A stretch of 25,982 bases of DNA from a virus (taxonomy: Duplodnaviria > Caudoviricetes): positions 1-25,982 of IMG/VR virus record IMGVR_UViG_3300029319_006404. One strand, 5' to 3'. Positions 1 to 7,307 of this stretch are shown here, piece by piece. How positions within the stretch are numbered: position 1 is the first letter of the stretch; each line of letters opens with the position of its first letter. The notes under the pieces were generated by a model, which did not search any database, had not been told where the DNA came from, and saw only the letters and a program-made list of their open reading frames with translations. A program made the position numbers and the translations under genes.

Positions 1-6
1 ATGTCG

Positions 7-264
7 CTATTCGATCCTCCACACCCGCATCACACCCTCATCAGCTATGCTGCGAGTTGCAACTTTCTGGCCCGCAGTCCGTGCCCTGTTCACAAAGGCA
101 GTCATTTCTTTGGGCGGGCGGGCGTACTTTTTTCGGTCATATGGAAAAGTGATGCTGTCTCCAACTGCCCAATTTTTTATGACTACGTCAAAGTCTTCAT
201 AAATTTTGTTTTTTCCTTTGCCCTGTCGAGGAGGTAAAGGAATGTTTTTTTCTATGTTGATCAT
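7..264 (-). CDS. Small phage protein, putative DNA-binding (IEKNIPLP...VGDS...RVWR family)
   Basis: 85 aa ORF with the IEKNIPLP / VGDSI / MRVWRIE pattern typical of a common small phage protein family. A GGA RBS and a matching leftward promoter lie upstream. Confidence 0.7.
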   Translation of the reverse strand: MINIEKNIPLPPRQGKGKNKIYEDFDVVIKNWAVGDSITFPYDRKKYARPPKEMTAFVNRARTAGQKVATRSIADEGVMRVWRIE

Positions 265-282
265 TTTTTTTCCAAATTAGTG

Positions 283-321
283 TTGCAAAGCTAGGATAAC
301 TCCCATAGAGTCGCATTTCAA
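283..321. promoter_or_regulatory. Overlapping divergent sigma70-type promoters with TC(C/G)CAT direct repeats
   Basis: Plus strand: TTGCAA(283-288)-17bp-TAGAGT(306-311). Minus strand: TTGAAA(321-316)-17bp-TATCCT(298-293). TCCCAT 301-306 and TCGCAT 311-316 are 10 bp apart. Confidence 0.7.
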
Positions 322-341
322 CTTTTTTTGGAGAAAGTGAT

Positions 342-539
342 ATGCCTCTCAACCCGACGACAGTAACGGACTACCTCGAAAACTATCTAGGCGACTTGGA
401 GTACGCCTACGGTGCAAACAAGAGTTTGGAAAACCTTAATTTTATTACGTGTTCAACGCCTTGGTTCGATGATGAGCAGGAGGCCGATAAATACCTCGAA
501 GAACTGCGCTCAGTTGTGGGGGCATTGAAAGATGCATAA
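342..539 (+). CDS. Hypothetical phage protein
   Basis: 65 aa acidic ORF with GGAG RBS at 330-333, first gene after the promoter, overlapping the next start. Confidence 0.65.
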   Translation: MPLNPTTVTDYLENYLGDLEYAYGANKSLENLNFITCSTPWFDDEQEADKYLEELRSVVGALKDA

Positions 540-1410
540 AGACGCAAACAAAATCGCACGTCGTATTGACGACGCGTTCGCCGTGCTCCGTGACGAGGGG
601 TTCTTTGCTAAGGCTCACCATACGTTTTGTTTATCTGATGGGCTGTCTGAGATACCTCGTAACAAAGAATCGCGGTTCGTGTTCTACCACGAGCAAGACG
701 CGGAAGATCTCAAAGAAAACGGCAAATGTAATTTGGCTTTTGGATCGAGCCTTTGGGTAGGCAAAAAAATTTGTAAGGAATTGAACGACTCGGGCTTGTC
801 GGTGTCTTGGAATGGCACCCTTGAGCAACGAATTGAAGTCAATGGCTTGCTCCGCGCAGCTTCAAAAAGCTGGGACGTGACGATCATCCAAACGAGTGTC
901 GTGAAAAACGTGCAAGCGCAGACGGCAGAACAAGCCTGTGCGTGGGCCAGAGATCAAATGACGTGGTCTGACAACGTAGTGAACGTAGAGACAATCGCGG
1001 TTGAGGACACGACTGTCGATCCAACAAACCCTGTGCTTTTGAATTCCATTTATGTTTTGAATTTGCCTTACCGTGCGCAAAATTGTTTGCGGGGAGACAA
1101 CATTCAATTCGTCGGCGAACTGGTGCAACGCACCGAGATTGATCTTTTAAAAATTCCTAACCTTGGCATAGGCAGCTTGGCCGATATTAAAAAGGGGTTG
1201 GCTAGGTACCACCTGACGCTCAAGCAACCGGCCAGACAACCAAGGTACAAAATTACCAATCGAAGCCGACAAATCTTTGAGATGCGCCAATCCGGTAAGA
1301 CGTTCCGTGAAATAGGTGACGCGTTTGGTGTCACCAAAACGAGGGCACAACAGATTTTCGATAAAGCGGCTGAAAAGATCCGTATTAACGAACTTGAAGG
1401 CCACAAGTGA
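532..1410 (+). CDS. Multidomain protein: DUF6891-like N-domain + short linker domain + RNA polymerase alpha-CTD-like domain + sigma70 region 4-like HTH
   Basis: NPVLLNSIYVLNLPYRAQNCLRGDNIQFVGELVQRTEIDLLKIPNLGIGSLADIKKGL aligns with RpoA CTD. RQIFEMRQSGKTFREIGDAFGVTKTRAQQIFDKA is a sigma4-type HTH. The N-terminal FVFYHEQD...VSWNGTLEQRIEV resembles DUF6891. Confidence 0.85.
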   Translation: MHKDANKIARRIDDAFAVLRDEGFFAKAHHTFCLSDGLSEIPRNKESRFVFYHEQDAEDLKENGKCNLAFGSSLWVGKKICKELNDSGLSVSWNGTLEQRIEVNGLLRAASKSWDVTIIQTSVVKNVQAQTAEQACAWARDQMTWSDNVVNVETIAVEDTTVDPTNPVLLNSIYVLNLPYRAQNCLRGDNIQFVGELVQRTEIDLLKIPNLGIGSLADIKKGLARYHLTLKQPARQPRYKITNRSRQIFEMRQSGKTFREIGDAFGVTKTRAQQIFDKAAEKIRINELEGHK

Positions 1411-1628
1411 AAGGCGAACTCACAATAATCTTTGACGAAGAAGAAGCGCAGCGAGTAGTTACGCTGCTTCTTGGTCTTGATGAACGGCTGTCCGTTATGG
1501 AACAGCAAATAGAAACTTTGTTGGAGAAAGTGAATGGATCGGAACATGGACAAAAATCCAGAAACCGCAGAAGAAGCCCTGTATCAGGGGTTAGTGATGC
1601 AGATGCTCCCGAATCAGACAAAGAGTGA
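1407..1628 (+). CDS. Hypothetical protein, short coiled coil
   Basis: GTGA start/stop overlap with the previous gene. The N-terminal half is heptad-like, and the low-complexity C-terminal tail overlaps the next ORF by 95 nt. Confidence 0.5.
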   Translation: MKGELTIIFDEEEAQRVVTLLLGLDERLSVMEQQIETLLEKVNGSEHGQKSRNRRRSPVSGVSDADAPESDKE

Positions 1629-1749
1629 GCGCGAAGAGCTAAACGACATTATCAACAACTTGACTGAAATGTTGCCGGAACACGTCGTAAACATGTGCAA
1701 ATTTAATGCGCTTTGTAAATTTTTGGGTATAGGAGAAAAAAGTGAGTAA
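1534..1749 (+). CDS. Hypothetical phage protein
   Basis: GGAG RBS at 1523-1526, 7 nt before ATG. Helical 71 aa protein (PETAEEAL...VNMCK). Confidence 0.65.
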   Translation: MDRNMDKNPETAEEALYQGLVMQMLPNQTKSEREELNDIINNLTEMLPEHVVNMCKFNALCKFLGIGEKSE

Positions 1750-2692
1750 CGAATATTTGTATGAAACACCCGTGCAAGCCATGCTGCGTAATCCCAAAGA
1801 ACTGGGCAAGATGAATTCCATCATGAAGACGCAGATCGATGCGTTGACGCAAGAACTTGGCAAGTCGTGGAAGCAATGCTGCCGAGTGTTAGCGAATGAG
1901 ATCGGCATTGATTATGCAACGCTCAAAAATTTCGTTGAGGGCAAAGTTCAAAAGCCTAGCGAAAAAACGCTGCAGAGCATGCAGACGTATCTGGATGAGT
2001 TTGATGCGTCTGTGATCCGTGGCGAGTCAACAGCGGACAACGTAAAAGACCGCAAGATCTCGGAGTTGGAAGCAAAGATCCGGCAGTTGAACGAGGAGCT
2101 TGATTACAAAGACAAGATCCGTGAAGAGTTACGGTTGAGTTATGTGAAAGTGCGCGAACAGCTCGAAAGCATGCAGGCTCAAGACCCTGAGTTTCACGAA
2201 CAATATCAAGTTGTGCATCCAGAGAACAGCTTCTGGATGACCCATAGTGATATGTACATAGAGATCTATACCACTGGCAAGGACTGGGAAGACTCCGCCG
2301 AGCGTAACCGTGTATGCACAATTCCGATACCAGACACGACCATGCTTTTACATCGGGGCCAAATACCGCACATACGCGCTGAAAAGGAGGACGGTAATTT
2401 CGATTGGATACCAGACCCCGACTACGTGAAGATCAGTGAAAATGATAAGGGTGAGGTTTGGGAGGCACCGGAGACGGTCTCATCGCAAGGTCACACGATA
2501 CCTGCACGATCTGTGGTGGTTGAATCAAGGGAGCAATTTGACGTCCGCCGCGACCAAGTCAGAGCGGAAAATTTTGCGTTGGTTGCCGATGCTGCAAAAG
2601 CCATCGAAAAAATGTACCGTAAGTGCGGAGGAATACCCGACACAGAGGTCTACGTTGGTTTGAGAGTAGACGTGACCAGCAACGTTTTTTAG
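1742..2692 (+). CDS. XRE-like HTH + coiled coil + unknown C-terminal domain protein
   Basis: 316 aa ORF with AGGAG RBS. LANEIGIDYATLKNFVEGKVQKPSEKTLQSM is HTH-like, and KISELEAKIRQLNEEL...REQLESM is a coiled coil. Confidence 0.75.
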   Translation: MSNEYLYETPVQAMLRNPKELGKMNSIMKTQIDALTQELGKSWKQCCRVLANEIGIDYATLKNFVEGKVQKPSEKTLQSMQTYLDEFDASVIRGESTADNVKDRKISELEAKIRQLNEELDYKDKIREELRLSYVKVREQLESMQAQDPEFHEQYQVVHPENSFWMTHSDMYIEIYTTGKDWEDSAERNRVCTIPIPDTTMLLHRGQIPHIRAEKEDGNFDWIPDPDYVKISENDKGEVWEAPETVSSQGHTIPARSVVVESREQFDVRRDQVRAENFALVADAAKAIEKMYRKCGGIPDTEVYVGLRVDVTSNVF

Positions 2693-2714
2693 GTATGATC
2701 GGGGCAAACCAGTT

Positions 2715-2905
2715 TGGGATGCGGCCTATCACTCCGCTCCAAGCGCGCGCCGTCCGCGTGCCCACAAGACGGCACCATTTTGGCTAGGGTCTCCAGCCCT
2801 GAAACGCACGTTCCCGTCCGTGTGCCAGAAGGCGGGCTTAATTGGGCAAGAGGGCTAAACACACTCTCTCCTTGCGCGTCCCCGTCCGCGTGCCCACAGG
2901 CGGGG
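2715..2905 (+). ncRNA. Three tandem putative structured RNA units (three-way junction + L3 pseudoknot)
   Basis: Units at 2715-2773, 2781-2836 and 2843-2905 share the core GCRCG-N1-2-SCCGTC-CGYGTGCC. All four predicted helices form in every unit, with compensatory changes. The array lies in a 227 nt intergenic gap. Confidence 0.65.
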
Positions 2906-2919
2906 CTTTTTGGAGAAGT

Positions 2920-3009
2920 ATGAAAGATCAAGAAGTAATCAAAGGCTTGTTGTTTGGCGTAGCCATCGCAGCCGGCATTTGGTTGCTGGCGTGGATTCTA
3001 GGATCGTAG
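2920..3009 (+). CDS. Small single-pass membrane peptide (29 aa)
   Basis: Not in the ORF track. Translates as MKDQEVIKGLLFGVAIAAGIWLLAWILGS, with GGAG RBS at 2912-2915 and one hydrophobic helix. Confidence 0.6.
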   Translation: MKDQEVIKGLLFGVAIAAGIWLLAWILGS

Positions 3010-3021
3010 AGGATAATCTAT

Positions 3022-3255
3022 ATGGCAGAAGTGACAGAAACTGAAGAAGCAACCCTTTCTCTTAATCTGTCTGCAGAAGAGGGGCTGTTGTTGCTTAGAC
3101 TTTTAAAAAGTTCGAAAGACGACCCAAGGATTCATGGTTTGATTGGCACCTGCTTCTGGTTTCTCAACCACAATAAGAGCGAAGAACAGTGCATCAAAGA
3201 CACGTGGACCGCTGTCGAGCAAAAGCTGGAGGCACTCAAACTTGGCGGCTCGTGA
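3022..3255 (+). CDS. Hypothetical phage protein
   Basis: 77 aa ORF with GAGGA RBS at 3009-3013. Confidence 0.65.
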   Translation: MAEVTETEEATLSLNLSAEEGLLLLRLLKSSKDDPRIHGLIGTCFWFLNHNKSEEQCIKDTWTAVEQKLEALKLGGS

Positions 3256-3256
3256 G

Positions 3257-3478
3257 GTGAGCAAAACTTTCACCACCAAGGTGATTGAAGATTTGGCCAA
3301 GGTAGAAAAAATTAGCGACATTCAGAAAAAGCTGCTAGACACGTCATCGCTTCTAGTCGCATACCCCGATGCATCAGAGGACAAGTCAAAAGAATGGATG
3401 ACAACAATCAATTGCTGCCGGTTGGAACTGCGCAGACGGTTTTTGACTAAGCGGAATCTAGTTCGCGAGCCTCTCTAG
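3257..3478 (+). CDS. Hypothetical protein
   Basis: Probable GTG start at 3257, right after the previous stop (the track ORF 3143-3478 is over-extended). Helical 73 aa protein that overlaps the convergent gene by 32 nt. Confidence 0.45.
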   Translation: MSKTFTTKVIEDLAKVEKISDIQKKLLDTSSLLVAYPDASEDKSKEWMTTINCCRLELRRRFLTKRNLVREPL

Positions 3479-3614
3479 ACCGGTCTTCTTTCCATTCGTT
3501 GAAAATTTTACGCAATTGGCCGCTGATCGTGCGGTCCTCTAACTGCGCAATCTCTTTGATCTGGCGATAAACTGGCATTGGCACCAGTATCGATTTCCAT
3601 TTCGTTGTATCCAT
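3447..3614 (-). CDS. Ribbon-helix-helix (Arc/MetJ/CopG-like) transcriptional regulator
   Basis: MDTTKWKSILVPMPVYRQIKEIAQLEDRTISGQLRKIF has a beta-strand, a helix, and an RTIS turn into a second helix, which is the RHH pattern. ATG at 3614 is preferred because 3622-3650 is a promoter. Confidence 0.7.
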   Translation of the reverse strand: MDTTKWKSILVPMPVYRQIKEIAQLEDRTISGQLRKIFNEWKEDRSREARELDSA

Positions 3615-3621
3615 GCGCGAG

Positions 3622-3650
3622 ATTATCTCGTGAATCGCATATAAATGCAA
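3622..3650 (-). promoter_or_regulatory. sigma70-type promoter for the RHH gene (likely leaderless mRNA)
   Basis: TTGCAT(3650-3645)-17bp-GATAAT(3627-3622). The ATG is 7 nt downstream with no SD, and a TCGCAT box sits at 3635-3640. Confidence 0.6.
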
Positions 3651-5558
3651 CTAGATTTCTTCAGTTTCTCCCCAAGACGGCCCGAGGTCAATGTCGCATT
3701 TGTTCGGCACATGCAAGCGTATCGCGTCCTCCATAACATGTTTGATCCGCTTGGCGTGATCCGCGCTCGTGACACTGCACCCAAGTTCGTCGTGTACCTG
3801 CAGCAGGGGCCGCTCTCCGGCCTCGTATAGATCTACCATGGCTTGTTTGGTCATATCCGCTGCTGACGCCTGTATCAGACGATTAAGGGCCTTGTACGTG
3901 TATGCACGCTTGAGCGGGGCAGTCTCACCGTAGGTTGCCTTGGCTTCTTTCAACGGCATGGCTTTTTGGATGTCGTAGCCCATCGGCTCGAACATATCAA
4001 AACGGCACTTACGGCCTTTCAACGACCGCAAAGACCCGTCGTCCTTTTGATCCACGGACCGTGATACGCCATTCATAAGCTCTTTCACAAAGGGCACGCG
4101 TGAGTGGTACTGCTGAGTCAGTTCTTTTGCGTCTTCGAACTCCAGATCTAGCTGGTCCGCGAGCTTACGCACGCCCATGCCATACATCATGCCTAAATTG
4201 ATCGTCTTGGCTTGCTTGCGGCTTATGTTTGCCATGTCAGCAACCATAGTATGGAAATCCATGTTTGGATTGTTTGTGTACCCATCGACAAACTCCTTGG
4301 CACCGCCTAACGGCAGACCTTTCCAACGACCGAAAACGCTTGCGTAGTGCGTCAAGATCCGTGGTTCTTGCTGCGAATAGTCGATAGCCGCCCACAGTTC
4401 GCCTTCTTCAGGCAAAAACAAACTGCGGATCATTGGCCCTAGCTCTGGATCACGCGCTGGAATTTGTTGGAGGTTCGGGTTGGACATGGACAGGCGACCA
4501 GAGACAGTGCCGCCGTCGTCGCTACGAAGCTGGTTGATGTGCCCATGAATACGGCAGTCAGGCCCGACGAACTTCATAATATTATTTATAAAAGTGCCTT
4601 GGATCTTATTAAGGTTGCGTGCTACGACGATCATCTTGGCGAACGGATGCGGGTTCTCGTTCAAAAATGCTTTGGTAAACGACGGTGCGCCTTTGGCCGT
4701 CCGTGGGTAGGCAACTTTTAGCTTATCAAATGCTTTGGCCAAAGAAGTTGCCGCCCAAATCTCCACCTCAAACCCTGCCTGCTTGTTGATTTTGCGGCAG
4801 GCTTCTTTTTCTCTTTTCAAAAGTTGTTGTCTAGTGCGCTCACACTTTTCTAGATCGACTCGTATACCGCGATGTGTCATGTCGATCAGGCAGGGCGTGA
4901 GCCGTGTTTCGAGATCGTAGATGGTCTCAAGGTCTTGCTTGTTTATCTCAACACGAAACAGCTTGTACAGATCGTATGCCAGACGAGCATCTTGCTCCGC
5001 ATAAGGCCCCACAAACTGCGCTGGTAGCTTCCAAAGCTCACCCTTTGGGTCCACTCCGAAGTCCACGGCAGCCTGCGTCAGCAGCTTCTCTGACTTCGCT
5101 AGACCCAAATAATCGTAGGACAAGGCGTTGAGCGAGTAACTGAAACGGTTTTCGTCAAGTAGCGCAGCCATGACCATGGTGTCGATGATAGGTCCGCTCA
5201 CAGGGACGTCGAGTGCCTTGAGCCATCCCAGATCGTAGGGTGCGTTGTGCATGATCTTGGGACAACCTGTAGATAACTGCTTGCCTAGCCATCGCAGCAC
5301 CTGACCTTTGTCGAGATTGCCACCACCGAGATGGTTGATCGGGTAATACGCTTCAAACCCATCGGTGGCGACGGCTATGCCTACGACATCACCGTCCTTG
5401 CGCGGCCAGCCCGGCCCCATCTGCTTCAGGTTCGGGTCACGCGTTTCGAGGTCAATCGCAAGCTCTTTGGCGTCCGTCAAATCTTTTAGTTCAAAAGGCG
5501 CAGTCCACTCCGTTTCAGCAGTGAACAACGGAAACTGCAGTTTAGTTTCCTTCTGCAT
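3651..5558 (-). CDS. polA: Phage family A DNA polymerase with 3'-5' exonuclease (Leu762 type)
   Basis: Exonuclease motifs IDLET, HNAPYD, YAEQDA. Polymerase motifs GRLS, DYSQQEPR (A), RKQAKTINLGMMYG (B), LQVHDEL (C). Start placed at ATG 5558 after AAGGAAGGA. Confidence 0.95.
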   Translation of the reverse strand: MQKETKLQFPLFTAETEWTAPFELKDLTDAKELAIDLETRDPNLKQMGPGWPRKDGDVVGIAVATDGFEAYYPINHLGGGNLDKGQVLRWLGKQLSTGCPKIMHNAPYDLGWLKALDVPVSGPIIDTMVMAALLDENRFSYSLNALSYDYLGLAKSEKLLTQAAVDFGVDPKGELWKLPAQFVGPYAEQDARLAYDLYKLFRVEINKQDLETIYDLETRLTPCLIDMTHRGIRVDLEKCERTRQQLLKREKEACRKINKQAGFEVEIWAATSLAKAFDKLKVAYPRTAKGAPSFTKAFLNENPHPFAKMIVVARNLNKIQGTFINNIMKFVGPDCRIHGHINQLRSDDGGTVSGRLSMSNPNLQQIPARDPELGPMIRSLFLPEEGELWAAIDYSQQEPRILTHYASVFGRWKGLPLGGAKEFVDGYTNNPNMDFHTMVADMANISRKQAKTINLGMMYGMGVRKLADQLDLEFEDAKELTQQYHSRVPFVKELMNGVSRSVDQKDDGSLRSLKGRKCRFDMFEPMGYDIQKAMPLKEAKATYGETAPLKRAYTYKALNRLIQASAADMTKQAMVDLYEAGERPLLQVHDELGCSVTSADHAKRIKHVMEDAIRLHVPNKCDIDLGPSWGETEEI

Positions 5559-5781
5559 CGTCCTTCCTTGGGTCATCACCAAGCGCAAAGCGCGTATACC
5601 AAATTGATTTTTTTAAATCTTCAACCGCATCGAACTTCTTACCGGCACGCCATTGGTACTTAAAACTGGCGCAACGGCAATAGATCTGCACGGCTTCTGG
5701 GCCGAAAGCCGCGACCATAGCATCAATACATTCGATCTCCGAGTCGGCGTAATGAGCCGGTGAGTTAACCATGTCGCTCAT
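5542..5781 (-). CDS. DUF3310 (SaV-like / T7 gp1.7-related) protein
   Basis: VNSPAHY...IECIDAM...KYQWRAGKK...EDLKKSIWY signature. Confidence 0.85.
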   Translation of the reverse strand: MSDMVNSPAHYADSEIECIDAMVAAFGPEAVQIYCRCASFKYQWRAGKKFDAVEDLKKSIWYTRFALGDDPRKDDAEGN

Positions 5782-7307
5782 AGCGCGTAGCTCCTGTAAA
5801 AGTCGGTTGGCTCCAGTGTATAAAGGTTCTGACGCGTGCGCGTAACAGCCACATAGAACACGCGGTGCATGGAATCTGGATCACTCTCCATGCTGGCTTC
5901 TGCGGCTGCAGTGATGTCCGTAAACAACACGACGTTGTCTGCTTCACCACCTTTGGCCCCGTGGATCGTGGACAATCGTATGCGCGGCTCTGACGTCAAG
6001 TCCTCGCCTCGTCGCACCAAAGCGTTGATGTACGCCACGTCGACGTCCGGCAGCTTATCCAAAGCTTCGTCCCACGGCATCTCCGGTTTTGCGAGCAGCC
6101 CGTTGAAATCACGCAGGTCCTCGAAGGTAAACAAAGCCTCTGGATCACCGACAATCTTCTTGTGACCGCGCGCAACCCGACCGCCATTACCTGACATGAA
6201 CGAGTACATGGCCTTGGCAGCATCAAAAGATATTGGCTCACCGTCTTGCAAACGCGACCATGCAGACAATGCGACACGTATCTTCTCGCGCACGCTCCGC
6301 ACACCACCACCGTATTCAAAGTAGTAGCCCTGACTTTTTAAAAATTGCTGCACAGGCGTCAAGAAGTAGTTCGCTTGAGCTAGAAACAACCAAGTGCCCT
6401 CAACCATGTCGAGTTCAAAAAAGTCTGTCAGGCGCTCTAGTTTCCCTTCGGTCTGCTTTGGCAGATACTTTTTAGGGAACCGTCGCTTGATCCGTGAGCA
6501 GATGCGCTCTGCAATTTTGTGAATGTTCGACGGGACACGATAGCTTTGCTCCAGCACCTCGCTGCCGCCATCGAGATTGATGAAATGCTCAACATCAGCG
6601 CCAGACCACTTGTAGATGGCCTGATCGTCGTCACCAGCGCAGTACATGCGCTCTGACCGCCCGTCAATCGCGTGCGCTATCTTCCATTGCAAAGGCGACA
6701 GGTCCTGTGCTTCGTCCAGCATCGCCAGCTTGAATGGCGGGCAAACAGTAGCCGCAGTGTCTGCGAAAAGCTCTAGCATGTCCGTATAGTCAAACAAGCC
6801 ATGTTTTTTCTTGTAGGCTTTCAAAGAGTTAGCTGCATAGTCGACCTCGATCCACGGCTGATCAAGGTCACTGCCATTGTATTCGTCCTTGAGTGGACGC
6901 ATCTTCAGACGTGCCAGTGTGATCAAACGCAGCAAGGGCGTCTCTTTTTTCAAGCTGTTGCTCAGATCTTCTTCGACCTCATGCCGTGACGACACGCCGC
7001 CTTCCATGAAGTCGACGCCTGTCACCCGCTCGACCTCGCGATAGTGCTCTGCTGTCATCAACTGATCGTTGCGTAGCCCAGTCAAGTGAAACGCCAGACT
7101 GTGAAGAGTTCGGAAAAAAGGTAAGTCGTTCTTTGGATCGAGACCAAATCGCTTGGAGGCGCGCTCCTTGGCTTCGTTTGCCGCTTTGCGCGTGAACGCA
7201 AAGAAAGCGATGTGCCCCGGATACGTGCCCTTGCCCAGTTCTGCTTCCACAAGATTCAATAGGGTTGTCGTTTTGCCCGTGCCCGGCGGGCCGAAGATTC
7301 TTTGCAT
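5778..7307 (-). CDS. Superfamily 1 (UvrD/Rep-like) helicase
   Basis: GPPGTGKT, FTRKAA, TLHS, DEAQD, GDDDQAIY, QSYR, TIHGAKGGEAD and YVAVTR motifs. Confidence 0.93.
   Translation of the reverse strand: MQRIFGPPGTGKTTTLLNLVEAELGKGTYPGHIAFFAFTRKAANEAKERASKRFGLDPKNDLPFFRTLHSLAFHLTGLRNDQLMTAEHYREVERVTGVDFMEGGVSSRHEVEEDLSNSLKKETPLLRLITLARLKMRPLKDEYNGSDLDQPWIEVDYAANSLKAYKKKHGLFDYTDMLELFADTAATVCPPFKLAMLDEAQDLSPLQWKIAHAIDGRSERMYCAGDDDQAIYKWSGADVEHFINLDGGSEVLEQSYRVPSNIHKIAERICSRIKRRFPKKYLPKQTEGKLERLTDFFELDMVEGTWLFLAQANYFLTPVQQFLKSQGYYFEYGGGVRSVREKIRVALSAWSRLQDGEPISFDAAKAMYSFMSGNGGRVARGHKKIVGDPEALFTFEDLRDFNGLLAKPEMPWDEALDKLPDVDVAYINALVRRGEDLTSEPRIRLSTIHGAKGGEADNVVLFTDITAAAEASMESDPDSMHRVFYVAVTRTRQNLYTLEPTDFYRSYAL

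Noticed and set aside
264-272. T9 homopolymer (and T7/A7 runs at 323-329, 1735-1741) as phase-variation sites
   Set aside because: They are short, lie in A-rich RBS spacers or leaders, and cause no visible frameshift.
2743-2905. CRISPR mini-array interpretation of the three repeats (period ~65 nt)
   Set aside because: The repeats are degenerate. The would-be spacers form conserved-position hairpins and pair with the repeat (P1), and no cas genes are present. A structured RNA explains it better.
2689-2931. ORFs 2689-2931(-), 2714-2923(+) and 2559-2765(-)
   Set aside because: Their peptide repeats (CGHADG, PSACPQ) only mirror the nucleotide repeats, they lack good RBSs, and the variation preserves base pairing.
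5559-5588. Extended N-terminus of the polymerase from the ORF track
   Set aside because: It lies inside the DUF3310 gene, and ATG 5558 has a clear SD.
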